This document shows, one piece after another, positions 37,825-51,030 of a stretch of 64,000 nucleotides of DNA. The DNA is taken from assembly GCF_016432865.1 (NCBI RefSeq), contig NC_067400.1, positions 65,348,001 through 65,412,000 on the forward strand. The letters run 5' to 3'. The position numbers were made by a program, and so were the translations under genes. Below the pieces are notes generated by a model. The model was given only the letters and a program-made list of their open reading frames with translations. It did not search any database and was not told the DNA's origin. The DNA comes from Antechinus flavipes (taxonomy: Eukaryota). The number at the start of each line of letters is the position of its first letter. Positions within the stretch are counted from its first letter, which is position 1.

Positions 37825-38015
37825 TAGAGGTCCTCAAACTTTTTAAATTGGGGGCCAGTTCACTGTCCCTCAGACTGCTGGAGGGCTGGACTCTAGTAAA
37901 AACAAAAACTTTGTTTTGTGGGCTTTTAAATAAAGAAACTTCATAGCCCTGGGGGAGGGGGATAAAAGTCCTCAGCTGCCACATCTGGCCCGCAGCCATA
38001 GTTTGAGGACCCCTG
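37825..38015. mobile_element. OC1-like hAT MITE, copy 3
   Basis: Internal sequence near-identical to copies 1 and 2; left TIR eroded, no clear TSD. Confidence 0.85.
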
Positions 38016-38251
38016 GAGTAGACTGTTGTGGGTAGCACTTGAAGTAGGAAGAAGATATTGCAATAGTCCAGGTGAGAGATGAGAGCCTGAACTAATGTGG
38101 TTGCTGAATAAATAAAAACGGATCAAATATGAGAGATGTTATAGATATTGTAAAGATAGAAATAGCAAGATTTGGCGATGGGTTGTGAACCTGGGAGGCT
38201 GGGAATAATGTGGTGCCTTGGACTGAAATAGAGAATTTTAAAGAGGGGGTT

Positions 38252-38477
38252 GGTAGGTGGTGTAATAGGATGCTGGGCCTGGAGTCAGGAAGACTTATCT
38301 TTCTGAGTTTAAATATATCCTCAGGTACTTACTAGCTGTGACCCTGGGCAAGTCTTTTAGCTCTGTCTGCCTCAGTTTCCTCATTTGTAAAATGATCTGG
38401 AGAAGGAAACGGCAAACCATCCAATATCTTTGCCAAGATAGCCCCCAATGGGGTTACAAAGTGTCTGAAATGACTAA
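38252..38477 (+). mobile_element. MAR1-type SINE within an L2 remnant
   Basis: Head-core-tail ...ctggagaaggaaacggcaaacc...tttgccaaga. Confidence 0.75.
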
Positions 38478-39334
38478 GAGATAGTGATTTATGTTTTGGA
38501 CATGTTGGGATTGAGATGTCCCAAGATAACTGTTTTGGAATGACTAAGAGTCAAATGGTGATTGATGTGGGACTGAAGCCCAGAGACAGAGTGAACTTGG
38601 ATATATAAACCAGGGAATCATGTGCATAGAGATGATAATTAAACACCAAGAGAAAGACTAAAACAGGACCCAGGACAGAGTCCTAGAGAGCACCCAGAAT
38701 TGGGGAGTGGAATATGAATGATCAGTCAGCAAAAGAGCAGTAGTCCAGGATCCAGAGGTAGGAGTGTATCCTGAAAAAGTGGTTGCAACCTGAGCAAAAT
38801 TTGGGGCTGATATAGGAATCTGGATTATAACCTGAGCAATATTTCTTCTTGGGAGACCAGATGGGGGTGGGGAAGGGCTTTCAGGAAGCCCTTTTATATT
38901 AGAATTTGCTTTGAATTCTAACAGGTGTTTAAAACTTTTATTAATAACTGTACTTCTTGGCATTCAGCCTATCTTCCCATACCCATACTCCATCTGAAAG
39001 GAAATACATTCTAGGCTTTAAGTGTTTCTCAACTGGGGGTCTAAAACTTGCTTTTATAAATAATTATGTTGTAATACAATTAGTTTCTTTTATAATCCTA
39101 TGTATTTTATTTTATGCATTCAAAAGTATTCTTAGAAGGGCTTCAACTAACTGCCAGAGAAGGGTCCAAGATTCAAAAATCTTTAAGAAACTTTGTGCAT
39201 GTATATATATTTGAGAAAGGAAATAAAGAGATTAGTTAATTTTTCATAGAGAGAACTTTGCCCAGCACATAACAATTTTAGCATCATAAAGCCATTAACA
39301 ATTTATCAGATCACAGTAAAAAAAAGTCAGGTAG

Positions 39335-39505
39335 ACTCATCTTCTTAAATTCAAATCTGACTTCAGACACTTACTAGCTATGTGACTCTAGGCAAGTCAT
39401 TTAACTCTGTCTGCCTCAGTTTCCTCATCTGTAAAATGGGCTGGAGAAGGCAATGGCAAACCACTCCAGTATCTTTGCCAAGAAAACTCCACATAGGATC
39501 ACAAC
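39335..39505 (+). mobile_element. MAR1-type SINE
   Basis: cagacacttactagc...ggagaaggcaatggcaaaccactccagtatctttgccaagaaaac. Confidence 0.8.
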
Positions 39506-39861
39506 TAACAAAGGAAAGGAAAGGAAAGCTACCAATATAATATCTCTTATTTTGTTTCTTGCTATAAATTTGACTCTGAACAGGGCTAGAGATCCTGATT
39601 CGTGAAGATAAATTGCTACGAACAAAATTAAAACTCGGTGTGAATGAGACCTGCTTCTCTGTGGATACCCCAGAAATTTTGTAACTTTTCTGATATTTCT
39701 AGAAATTGTGAAGATCCCTTAGTTTGCCTTCCACTGAATTGTTGTCACTGATTTTTTTCCCCTCCAAGCTCAGTATGCAAAGGGTTTCATATTCAAGCTC
39801 TATTCAATGTTGGCAAGTAGGAATGATTCCTTCAACAGCTTCTGTCAAACTTTTCAGATAG

Positions 39862-40060
39862 TTGTTGTTCAGTCGTTTGAATTATAGCTGACTCCTTATG
39901 ATCCCATTTGGGGCTTTCTTGGCAAAGATACTGGTGTAGTTTGCCATATTTCCTTCTCCAACTCATTTTACTGATGAGGAAACTAAGGCAGACAGAGTCA
40001 CACAGCTAGTAAGTGTCTGAGGCTAGATTTGAACTTAGGAAACTGTTTCCTGAAATGGGG
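39862..40060 (-). mobile_element. MAR1-type SINE
   Basis: gttgttgttcagtcg...ttggcaaagatactgg...gaggaaact. Confidence 0.75.
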
Positions 40061-41995
40061 TCTGTCATTCTTTTTGCTGCACCCCCCCCCCCCCCGCCGC
40101 CCCAGCTGCTCTTGACCTTAACTAAGTCACTTCCATACTCTGAGTCCAAGTTTCTTTCTCTGTAACACGAGCGGTTGGACTTCCATGATACCTGAGGTAC
40201 CTGTAATATACTTTGGTTCTTCCAAAGAGAGCAAGGAGAAATGAGGTTACTTAATGGAAAGAAATTACACAAATTAAAGGTTCTGAAACATGTAAAGAAT
40301 ATCCCTAATAGAAGAAAATAAGGAAATAAACATTCATTAAGCCCTTACTGTGTACAAGATGCTTCATAAATATTATTTCATTCCATTCTCACAACAATCC
40401 TGGGAGGTAAGTGTCATTATTATAGATGATTAAATTGAGGCAAACAGAAATTATGTGATTTTCCCAGAGTTACATAGTCAATAAGTAATAAAGCCAGATT
40501 TGACTCACATCTTCCCGACTCTAGATCCAGCACTCTACTCACTGTATTACCAGCTGCTTCTGATGATGTCTTCCCACATGAAGAGACTTGGGAGCCTGCT
40601 TATGATCGTGGTCCACAGGAGATGCTTAATAAATGCGTGTTTGATCTTCTGTTCCCCTTCCAAGAATTATGATAATATCATGTAACTTGGAGAGACCATG
40701 GAACATGTGTGACATTCTTTAATTGGATTTGCTCTGGGAATTATGTGGTTTGGAAAAAGAGTTTTTTTTTTTCAATTCTAGTGGATATTTTCAAGCAATC
40801 TGAGTCAGCCTTAGTCTAAACTCTTCCTTTCTGACTGTTCTCTTTGATGGTTTGATGATGTAAGGGAGAGAGGCTTTGGGGTCTTCTCCCCATCCAGATC
40901 ATTGGGTACCAAGTAATAGTCTTTGGTCTCTGCATGAATATTTTTTTTCTGTTGTAGGGGAAGGGACTGAAGCCTCTGCTCTTGTGTCTTTCAAAGGTTA
41001 AAAAGAGCAAGCTTTTGGGATTCCCAGCATTGGGTTTTGCAGTCAGTTTAGCATCAGTGCCCAAAGGAGTGGCCTTCAGGAGGGGTCTCTCAGGCCCCAG
41101 ACCAGATGTAATGCGACAAGAATCATCCAAAAGACATGGAGCATCTGGATATGATCTTGGTGGGACTAGTGTTATATAGGAACTGAGCTAAGTTTTAGCT
41201 CTTTCTCTGCAGAAACAGATGCACCTCTAGAGGTTGGGGAGAAGCATTTGCACTTGAAAGTACATATCTCCTTGCAAAAGCTAATTTATGTAAAGGGGGC
41301 TAAATGGGTCAGCATACTTCCCTGGCACCCAACAGGGTGGAGTAGAAATGGATAAGATATAACCAACGTAACAGAGAAAAAACAACTTCAAATTCTTCAT
41401 GGTACCCTTGAAACCTGAGGGGAAGATCTGGTCAGAAGGGAGAACCCAGAACACACTCCATGTTCCCTAAAGTGTTCAGGAAATGAAACGTTTTTGTTTT
41501 TTGTTTTCTTGTTTTACTGTAAGTGGAGGCTATGTAAGATCATTTGATATTGCTGAAAACCTGACTCAGCTGAAATGACTGATTCTAATCAATGCTGCAA
41601 GTGACCCTGGACCCTGAGCACGTGATCACTCCTGACTCCTTCCTCTCAGAGCTAAGATTATATAAACAGCAAACAGTCAGGTCTCTTTCTGTGAACTGAA
41701 TTTCACTGGACTTTGAGGAAAAAAAATCTAGAAAAGATATGGGGGGATATTTGGAAAGGGAGGAAACATCCCTTTATAGGAGGTAAGCAGGTGGTTTAGA
41801 GATATCATAAAGATATCATAAGAATCCCTCATTTTGTAGATGAAGAAACTAAAACCCAAAGGTAATTTACCCAAAGTGACCCAGTAAGTAAGTGAAAAAG
41901 CAGGGATTTAATCTGAGTTTCTATATGATGAAAAAAATCAAAGGATCCACCTTCCTATTTTCTCATGTGCTTTATGATGACCTGACCTGGATTAA

Positions 41996-41997
<2 letters not shown>

Positions 41998-42027
<30 letters not shown>
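41998..42027. repeat. (GT)15 microsatellite
   Basis: Read directly. Confidence 0.95.
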
Positions 42028-42031
<4 letters not shown>

Positions 42032-42725
42032 GATATAATTTTCTTTAAAAATAGTTTTATAGATACTTTTTTCTCGATAGTATTTTATTTTTTCCAAATA
42101 CATATATAGTTTTCAACATTCATTTTTACGAAACTTTGTACTCCAAATTTTTCTTCCTCCCTTCCTCACTTGTGCTCTTCCCAATTCGACAAACAATCTG
42201 ATAGATTAAATATGTGCTAAATGTTTACTTTTTGTAAGTATTATATAGCTAGCAACCCTCCCCCCATTCCTATAGTGTTCCCTTTGTAATCTATAGTTGG
42301 CAAAACAAAAGCATTGGCCTTTTCTGAGAAATTATGCCCCTTTCTGTACTTCTGTAATATATTGTACTGTAGACTACTACTTCTCTTCTGAAAGAAAAAA
42401 TACATTCTTGACCACTAGTTGAAGCCAAGAATGAGGTAACACTATTTTTCAAAATAAGAAGTGGGGCAGAGGTTCTCATGGGAAAACTTTTAGCATAACT
42501 ATTCTAAAAAAAATTTTCTTTCCTTAAATCAGGCCTGTCCTGGATTGCTCTCCATAGGGGTGGGATAGACAGGAGCTAAAGCTGGGTTTCTAAAAAAAAT
42601 TTTCATCCTGGGGCCTCTCCAAGTTGCATTTCTACTTACTTCTACAAAACAAAAAGACCCCCGACCATCTCACTTATGAAAAGAAAGTGTTCAGAGCATG
42701 TCAGCATGAGGATAACTGCTCTAGA

Positions 42726-42929
42726 TAGGGCTTCGTAAACTTTTTCCACTCACAACCTCTTTTTGCCTGATTATCCATCTATCAATCTATCATCTATTTA
42801 TCTATCTCAAGATATATTAAATAGGTGTACAAAACAAACACTGATAATAAATCATAATTTCTTGACCCCAACATTCAGTTATGAGATCCCTTATGGGGTC
42901 ATGACCCACAAATAAATTAGGAACTTTTG
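42726..42929. mobile_element. hAT-type MITE related to 28050-28392
   Basis: Shared ends (gcttcgtaaacttttt..., ggggtcatgacccaca...); CTCTAGA on both flanks. Confidence 0.65.
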
Positions 42930-43270
42930 CTCTAGAAAAGAGATTCCAAGAACGAGGGACTCCCCTTCAAGAGGCAGTTTTGCAATAGAGAGATGACTTG
43001 CAATGGAATCAGTTCTGCTGTTTGATATCTAAGTGAACGTGAATAATCTTAGGTAGATCACTCCTCTGGGTCTCTGTTTATCTGCAAAATGAAAGATTTG
43101 GACTAGATGACCTGGTTTAATCCTCTGTTCCTGAAGCCTGATCTTTCATGCTGAAATTTGCCTTAGATCCCACAGGGAAATATTCCATTTCATTAATGAG
43201 TTATCCTGTGACATTTCATGGAATTAAGTCATTCCTTCTTACCCTAGCAGTGGGAACCCCCCACATTCTT

Positions 43271-43703
43271 TTTTAACCATTTTATTCTTTTTTTTTAAAT
43301 TAATTTCAAAATATATGCATAGAAAATTTTCAATAGTCACCCTTGCAAAACCTTGTTTTCCAATTTTTTCCCTTCCTTTCCTCCCATCCCTTCCCTTAGA
43401 CAGCAAGTAATCCAATATATGTTAAACACATGCAATTCTTTTATACATATTTCCACAATTACCATGCTGTACAATAAAAATCAGATTAAAAAGGGGAAAA
43501 TGAGAAAGAAAACAAAAAGCAAGCAAACAACAACAAAAATGAAATTACTATGTTTTGGTCCAATATTCCTCTCTCTGGATGCAGATGACTCTCCATCACA
43601 AACATATTGGAACTGGCTTGAATCACCTCATTGTTGAAAAGAACCATGTCCATCAGAATTAATCATCTTGTAATCTGATTGTTGCCATATACAATATTCT
43701 CTT
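43271..43703 (-). mobile_element. 5'-truncated L1 (3'UTR)
   Basis: Poly-T start; near-TSD gaaccccccacattctt / gaacccccaaattctt. Confidence 0.85.
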
Positions 43704-44784
43704 GAACCCCCAAATTCTTAAATGCCGGAGTTGTGTTCTCTGGGTCCTGCTGGAGATCTGTGTAGCCTCGGGTCACATGTAGACTCAGGAAGCCATGGTT
43801 ACAGACAGCAGAGAGAGCCAGAGGCTTCTTGATAATCTCATTTTCCACCAGACGCTTCCTGAAAGTGTCTTTCCTGTGCATGAGGAATCACCTTGAGCCA
43901 GGATAGTATCAGGAAGGAGAGTGCCCATCCTCCAACATATTTTCCCACTGTTTGCCCAACACAGCCACCCCTCCAATTAGACTAATTTCCCAAGGGTCTT
44001 GACCCAATCATCAGAATTTCTGTCTGTATTTGCTCTTACTGCTTGTCCAGCCTAGAATTCTCCTCTTGTTCCTCAGTTCCCCAGTAATTCCTCACTCTTT
44101 AAGGTTCAGCTCAAATTCCTCCTATCTTAAGAAACCCTTCCCAAATGCTCTTATCCCCAGTGATCTCAACAAATTCCTGTTTTTGTACCTTTGTACATTA
44201 AGGAAGTTTTCAGTATTTTCTACTGTTTCAATGTACACATTTTTTATCTTTAACTAGAGAGTATTAATATTTTGATAGCTATATTTCAACATAATTGGTT
44301 TCCTTTGAAACCCTTTGCCATTTTTGTTTTATGCATTGAAACACATTTTTTTTTTCTGAGAAGAGGATCCCCATGATACAAAAAAGATGAAGAAGGTATA
44401 GTGATGAAGTATTAGTTTTAATTTAATAGCAATAATTTATGTTTATGTATTTAGTGATAAACAATTCTTATATGATAGGATACTATATATGTATGTTCTA
44501 CATACATAAATAGCTAATATCATGGAAATAATATAATTATTCATTGTATGCATATGTATTTCATATTATGGAAAAATATGAATAAGTAAAAAAACATTTA
44601 TTAAGTGCTTTTATGTCTTTGGTGTTATGCTAAGTGCTGAGAATACAAATTCAAGCAAACAAACTAACCTCTGACCTCAGGAGCTTACATTCTATAAGAA
44701 AAAAGTGACAATTCAGGGGTGGTAATGGCATATGTCACAGAGATGGTGATGGGAATTTTCTTTCTTCCTGTCTTTCTTCTTTTC

Positions 44785-44906
44785 TTTTTTTCTTTTTGCC
44801 TAAGATCACATAGCTAGGAAGTGTTAAGTGTCTGAGACCAGATTTGATCTCAGGTCCTCCTGACTTCAGGATTGATGCTCTATCCACTGCACCACCCAGC
44901 TGCTCC
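44785..44906 (-). mobile_element. WSINE1-type SINE (3' part deleted)
   Basis: gctaggaagtgttaagtgtctgag...ctctatccactgcaccacccagctgc. Confidence 0.8.
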
Positions 44907-46414
44907 GATTCCTTTTTTTGAACTGAGATTTGTAAACCATAAGAGTGGAGGTTGGTTTGTATTACCTGCACAGATGAATGAATGAAGCACTGTGCCAAGG
45001 TATGATGATGAGTGAGATATCCTGCTTTAAAAAAGATTCATTCTACAGGAGGGGATAACACAGGTAGGAAATTTCAATTGCAGTTTCACAAGATAAGACT
45101 CCATGATCCTTAGGATTCAGAGACAAAGCAGATGGTAGTCATCTTTTTTCATGTTATCTCCATTTCTAATTCTGGACCATTTGATGGTACCAAGGACCAA
45201 GGATGGTACCAAGGATCTAGTCCCCTGATCTTCTGTAACTTTGGCTGCTGAGGGAGGAGGCAGGGGCTGTGGGACATGTACAGCCAGTTTTTGGGTTGTA
45301 TTTATACACAATGAGTTGTTTCTCTGGATGATGGCCATGGGCATGGTTGAGAAAGAGAGTCTGAGGGTGGTGATCCTTCTGGGAATATTGATTCAGAGTC
45401 CTGGGCTGTCTCTATCATAGTTTGAGCAGAGGTAGTGATCAAAGTGGATGCAGTGGTTTGATTCACCCGGTACATGCCATTTCCTGTCTCTTCCTAATGG
45501 TACCCAGCGAGGCTGGCTTGCCTCTTCTGGGGATGGTATGGCATGAAGGTAACTGAGAAGTGGCGTCTTGGGTCTGAATCTGGGCAAGATGAGGCAGATG
45601 CTCACATGAGCTCAGTGAGTATCATAGGAGTTTAAGATAAAAGCTGGGTATGGGAGAATAGAATGAGGTCCAGGAACAGCTAGGTGGGCTTGGAGTCAGT
45701 AACATTTGAGTTCAAATCTGCCTAAATGATTCTGGGCAAGTAATTTAATCTGTATCTGCCTCAGTTTCCTTGCCTGTTAAATGGTAATAAATAATAGCGC
45801 CTATCTTCAAGGATGATTGTGTAGATAAAATGAGATAATATTTGTAAAGTAATTAACTCAGTACCTGGCACATAGTAGTTGCTTAATAAATAATTATTTC
45901 TTTTCTCCAGGCACACATTGTCCAAAAAATACAGTAGACTCAGTAGTCTCAGAGTCATGACAACTAAAGGCATGACAACTTGAAAAATTTTATTCATACT
46001 AAGGTCCAATATAACATTATAATGAACAATATAATATTCTTTGGAAAACATATTACAATGTCAGACTTATTTTTATCTTTAGAAATTTATTTAAATGGAT
46101 ACAATGTGATTATTCCCTCTAGTGATACAAACAGTAACTTGTCCATACTTTCCTGTCCTGTGTAACCATTGGTCATGCAATGAAATCCCACCTTCTAACC
46201 ATCCTCATCCTCTCTTTCCATCTCTCTCATTCCTTCCATTCTACAAGGGGATTTCTTTGCTTTCTTTTGATATGAATGATACTGATGGATCATGACATCC
46301 ATTGGCTTTCTTTTAATCTTCCCATATGGTGAACCCATCTTTGATCAACTATGTATTTTTATGAGATAACTTTACTCCAGATATTTGCCAATCTGTGTTT
46401 GTAATGTATAAATA

Positions 46415-46900
46415 ACTAAACCTAAACAAAAACTAAAATCTTGGAACATGGTCCCATTACTTCTTGGTAAACAGAGGGAAAAGAAAGGGAAGCAGTGTTT
46501 AATTTTATATTCTTGGACTCAAAGATCATTGAAGGTGGGACTGCAGCCATGAAATTAAAATATGCTTATTACTTGGAAGGAAAGTGATGGCAAACTGGAC
46601 AGCATGCTAAAAAGCAGAGACATCACTTTGCTGATAAAGGTCTCTCTAGTCCAAGTGATGGTCTTTCCAGTAGGACTATATGGCTGTGAGTGTTGGACTA
46701 CAAGGAAAGCCGAGCACAATAGAATCAATACTTTTGAATTATGGTGCTGAAGAAGGTTTTTGAGAGTCTCTTGGTTAGCAAAGAGATCAATTCAGTCAAT
46801 ACTTAAAAAAATTAATTCAGCCTATTTACTGGAAGGTGAAACTGAAATTTAAATACATTGACCATATAATAAGATGGGAATGGGATTCATTGGAAAAGAC
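46415..46900 (+). mobile_element. BovB-like RTE LINE fragment
   Basis: gactgcagccatgaaattaaaa...ttggaaggaaagtgatg...aaaagcagagacatcactttg matches recalled BovB; the peptide LKSRDITLLIKVSLVQVMVFPVGLYGCECWT is RTE ORF-like. Confidence 0.85.
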
Positions 46901-47058
46901 ACTTACTAGCTGCATGATTGTGGGTAAGTCACTTAATTCTGTATCAGTTCCTCATGTAAAATGAACTGGGGAAGAAAATGATAAACCACTTCAATATCTC
47001 TGCCAAGAAAATCCCAAATGAGGTCATGAGGAATTGGACATGATTGAAAAATGGCTGA
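46901..47058 (+). mobile_element. 5'-truncated MAR1-type SINE fused to the BovB fragment
   Basis: Starts at acttactagc, ends with the RTE-like tail. Confidence 0.75.
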
Positions 47059-47069
47059 GTCTCACATAG

Positions 47070-47700
47070 TGATGATATTGAAGTCATTAAATTGATAAGA
47101 ATATAGGGAAATGACAGAGTCCAGAATAGTCTTGGGGTGCACTTACAATTAGAGGGTAGGTAATAGATGATGATTCAGCAAAGGATGCTGAGAACCAAGA
47201 AATACCAATATTGCAAAAGCCTAGAGAGAAAAGGGTTGCCCTGGAGGATGTTTCAGAGGTCAAGAAGGATGAAGACTGAAAAAAGTCCATCAGATTTGAC
47301 AATTTGATCATTGGTAACTTTGGAGAGGATAATTTCAGCTCATTGAAGAGGGTGCAGGTTATAGGAGGTTGGGGAGTAAGAAGACCCAGTATGGAGGCTA
47401 GAAGAGTAGATAGTTTTTTTTTTTTGGTAGGAGTTTGGTTATGAGGGAAAAGAAAGAAGAATGGACAGTAGTTTCAGGGGATGACACAGTAAAGTGAAGG
47501 TTTTTGTTTTTAGGGATGGAGAAGACTTGGATATGTTTGGAAGCATCTAGGAAGAAATAAATCCACCTTTCTCTCTGATCTAGAGCATGTCTTACAAAAA
47601 GAAGTAAAGGAAGTAGTTTGAAATTTAATGGGGGAGAATAATAATGAGAGCAATCTGCTTCAGGGTCTGCATGGAATCAAAGGTACATGGAGAAGATCAG
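47070..47700 (-). mobile_element. L2 LINE internal fragment
   Basis: gaggtcaagaaggatgaagactgaaaaa...ttggtaactttggagagg, typical of antisense L2. Confidence 0.65.
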
Positions 47701-47724
47701 GCTTGGTAAAAAGAGACACCTTTT

Positions 47725-48329
47725 TATTTAATTTTAATACACATTGCTTTATCAATCATGTTGGAAGAGAAAAATCAGAATAAAAAGGAAAAACCATGTG
47801 AGAGATAAAAACACCACAACAAAAAAAGAAGTGAACATAACGTGTTGATTTACATTCAGTCTCCTCAGTTCTTTTTCTGGATACAGATGGCATTTTCTGT
47901 CCAAAGTCTATCAGAATCATTTTGGATCACTGACCCACTGAGAAGAAGCAAGTCTTTCATAGTTGATCATTGTACATTCTAGCTGTTGCTGTATACAATG
48001 TATTCCTGGTTCTGCTTGTTTTACTCAGCATTAGTTCATGTAAATCTGTCCAGGCCTTTCTAAATTTAGCTTTTTTAATAGTTCATCATTTTTAATAGAA
48101 CAATAATATTTTATTATCTTCATGTACCATAGCTTCTTCAGCCATTCCCCAACTGATGGACATCTACTCATTTTCCAATTCTTTGCTACCACAAAAAAGA
48201 GCTGCTACAAACATTCTTGCCCACATGGATCCTTTTCCCTCCTTTATGATTTCCTTGGGGTACAGTAATGGCACTGCTGAGTCAAAGGATATGCACAGTT
48301 TTATATAACTTTGGGCTTAGTCCTAAATT
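47725..48329 (-). mobile_element. 5'-truncated L1 with long 3'UTR
   Basis: Flanked by degenerate aaaaagagacacctttt / aaaaaggcacctttt. Confidence 0.85.
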
Positions 48330-48866
48330 AAAAAGGCACCTTTTGCAAAAGAAGGTGCAAATGAGCAATAGAAAAGAGGGAAGATTATTTAAGGGCTGAT
48401 GGATAAATGCTCTTAGGTTGTGGATTGGAACAGTTCTGAGTATATCCGTTTATCCAGAGTAATTGTACTCTGAGGAAGTTCAATATCTATCCATTAATCA
48501 ATCAATTGGATTTATTCAGGAAATATTTCTTGAGTACCTACTATGTGCAAAGCAATGTGCCAGATGAAAGGGATTCAAAGAATCAATACAGACATTGCTC
48601 TCAAGTAGTTTACAAATGTGGTGCCATCCTGGGCCAGCCACTTTGTGGTTGTGCTCAGATGGATTTTCAGGTAGGCTCTCACCAGGGAGTTTGTGTGGTC
48701 CTGCTTCCAGGAAAGGCCCTTCCTCTGTCCAGCCTCTATCCCACTTCAGAGCATGTGCAGATATGCTGTGACTACTTCCTTTTGGCCATTAGGATTCAAG
48801 AGTGGTGAAAAGTTTTCAAAGTTTGCTGAGCTTGAATTTTTTGGATATTCTAAAATGCTGCTATCT

Positions 48867-49011
48867 GGGCAGCTAGGTGGCACAGTGGATAGAGCACCAG
48901 CCCTGAAGTCTGGAGCACCTGAGTTCAAATCCAGCCTCAGGAAGTTAACACTTCCTAGCTGTGTGATCCCGGACAAGTCACTTAACCCCAACTGCCTCAG
49001 CAAAGAAAAAA
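48867..49011 (+). mobile_element. WSINE1-type SINE
   Basis: gggcagctaggtggcacagtggatagagc head, A tail, 15-bp TSD aaaatgctgct(a/g)tct. Confidence 0.9.
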
Positions 49012-49254
49012 AAAATGCTGCTGTCTACCTGCTGCCTTAATCTTGTATCTTCTTTCCTTTTCCGTTGGTACAGTTTTTTTTTTTTTTTGGTGTGGGATCT
49101 TCATACATATCCACTCACCCACCCTTATATAAACTCTCATACTTAAACAGAACAAAATTTTTGCTTTGTCCATGTCCAAAATAAATATAGTACCTACTCA
49201 TATATAAGTGCCTCATTCTATATTCTGAGTTTATCAGGAGGTGGGTTGAATGTC

Positions 49255-49508
49255 TCCTCATTGCTGTTCTTTGGTTGTGCCCAACTCTTCATGACCCCAT
49301 TTGGGGTTTTCTTGGCAAAGAACTGGAGTGGTTTCCTATTTACTTCTCTAGTTCATTTTACAGATGAGGAAACTGAGGCAGACAGGGTTAAGCAACTTGC
49401 CCAGGGTCACACAGCTTGTAAGTATCAGAGGCTGGATTTGGACTCAGGAAGATAAGTCTTTCCAACTCAAGACCCTGATGCTGTATGCTCTATACCACCT
49501 AGCTGCCT
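49255..49508 (-). mobile_element. MAR1-type SINE
   Basis: Full tail-core-head similarity. Confidence 0.8.
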
Positions 49509-50784
49509 CCAGAATTGTGACTCGTTATAAAGCTGATAACAATTCCTAAGTCTTCCAAGATTGTCTCTATAATATTGTCACATTCATTGTTTTCCTGGTT
49601 CTGTTCACTTTACTCTACATCAGTTCATAAAGTCTTTGAGGTTTTTCTGAAATCACCTCTGTCCTCATTTCTTACAGCACAATGGTATACCATCTATACA
49701 CTCTAATTTATTCAACTATTCTCCAATTAATAGGCAAGAAATAATAGATTCCAATTCTCTGCCCCTTCATGAGCCTTAGTGCCTCGTTTCCTCTCCAAGA
49801 ATTGAAAGGGGGAGAAGGGAAATAACCAATCAACCAACAAGTATTTGTTATGTGCTAGGCACTGTACTAAGTGTCGGAACTGCAAAGAAAAAGCAAAAAT
49901 CAGCTCTGCACCCAAGAAACTTAGATCAAAAAATTTCCCTTCACATTCAAAGATCATTGATCTAACTCAGCTTCCCTTAACCTGGCTCGGCTTCCCTTGA
50001 ACCCGGCACTCAGCCCCCACCCACTTTATTGAGGAGCCCTTTTATCCCCAACCCCCTTTTTTGTTCACGTCTGTCATGCTTTGAGCAAATGTAGAAAACT
50101 AAGGGCTGTTATTCTAAGCATGGCCACAAGGTGACAGAAGAGAGAAGCAAAATTCTACAATTTAATCAATGACCATCAAATGAGTATTTACTGAGTATCT
50201 TCCTGACTTTGGGAGATACAAAGGCATAATTTCTTGCGCTTTGGGACTTTGTAATCTAGTTAGGGAGAGAAGATACATGTATATATGAACAAATCACTAA
50301 CAATACAATTTGTATCTAGAAGGAAATACAAATGCAAGATCTTCCACAATTGGGTACCAATCTATCTTTTTGATCTTATCTCATACTAATTCCCTTCAAA
50401 TACTTTATGCTCAAGTAAAACAACTAGTGAAGTCATATCATTTATTGCCTCTGTGAACCTTAAGGTCACTCCCAAACCTAGAATGCACTTAGTGCTTATG
50501 AACCTCCATCTGTTTGAAATCTTCCTCCTTACATTTTCCCAGGATACTTTGGATCTCACCTCTGCCCCCATCACAATCATTCATTAAGAGCCTACTCATT
50601 AAGAGCAGAAAGGCACTGGGGATGCAAAGATAAACTATCCTTAAGGAATTGACATTACCATCCTAGCTTACCTTATATTACATTTATTATCACAGAGGTC
50701 CTATGTCTCCAATTTTGTTTTAAGTGCCTTGCTGATAGGGATTGTGCCATTTTTCATTTTCACATTCTTAGAACCTAGCACATT

Positions 50785-51030
50785 ATTGTTGTTCAGTTGT
50801 GTCCAACTCTTCATGATCCCATTTGGAGTGTTCTTGGCAAAGATACTGGAATGGTTTGCCATTTTCTTCTCCAGCTCATTTTACAAACTAGGAAACTGAG
50901 GCAAACGGGATGAAGCGACTTGTTCAGGGTCACACAACTAGTAAGTGTCAGAGGCCAGATTTGAACTCAGAAAGATGAGTCTTCTAGACTTCAGGCCTGG
51001 CACTATATCCACTGTGTCGACTAGTTACCC
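50785..51030 (-). mobile_element. MAR1-type SINE
   Basis: ttgttgttcagttgtgtccaactc...actgtgtcgactagttaccc. Confidence 0.8.

Noticed and set aside
6566-38126. Recurrent peptide QLRTFIPLTQG in several short ORFs
   Set aside because: Read-through of the non-coding OC1-like MITE copies, not a gene family.
45183-45220. 19-bp tandem duplication gatggtaccaagga...
   Set aside because: Ordinary slippage-type duplication with two units; not a CRISPR-like array.
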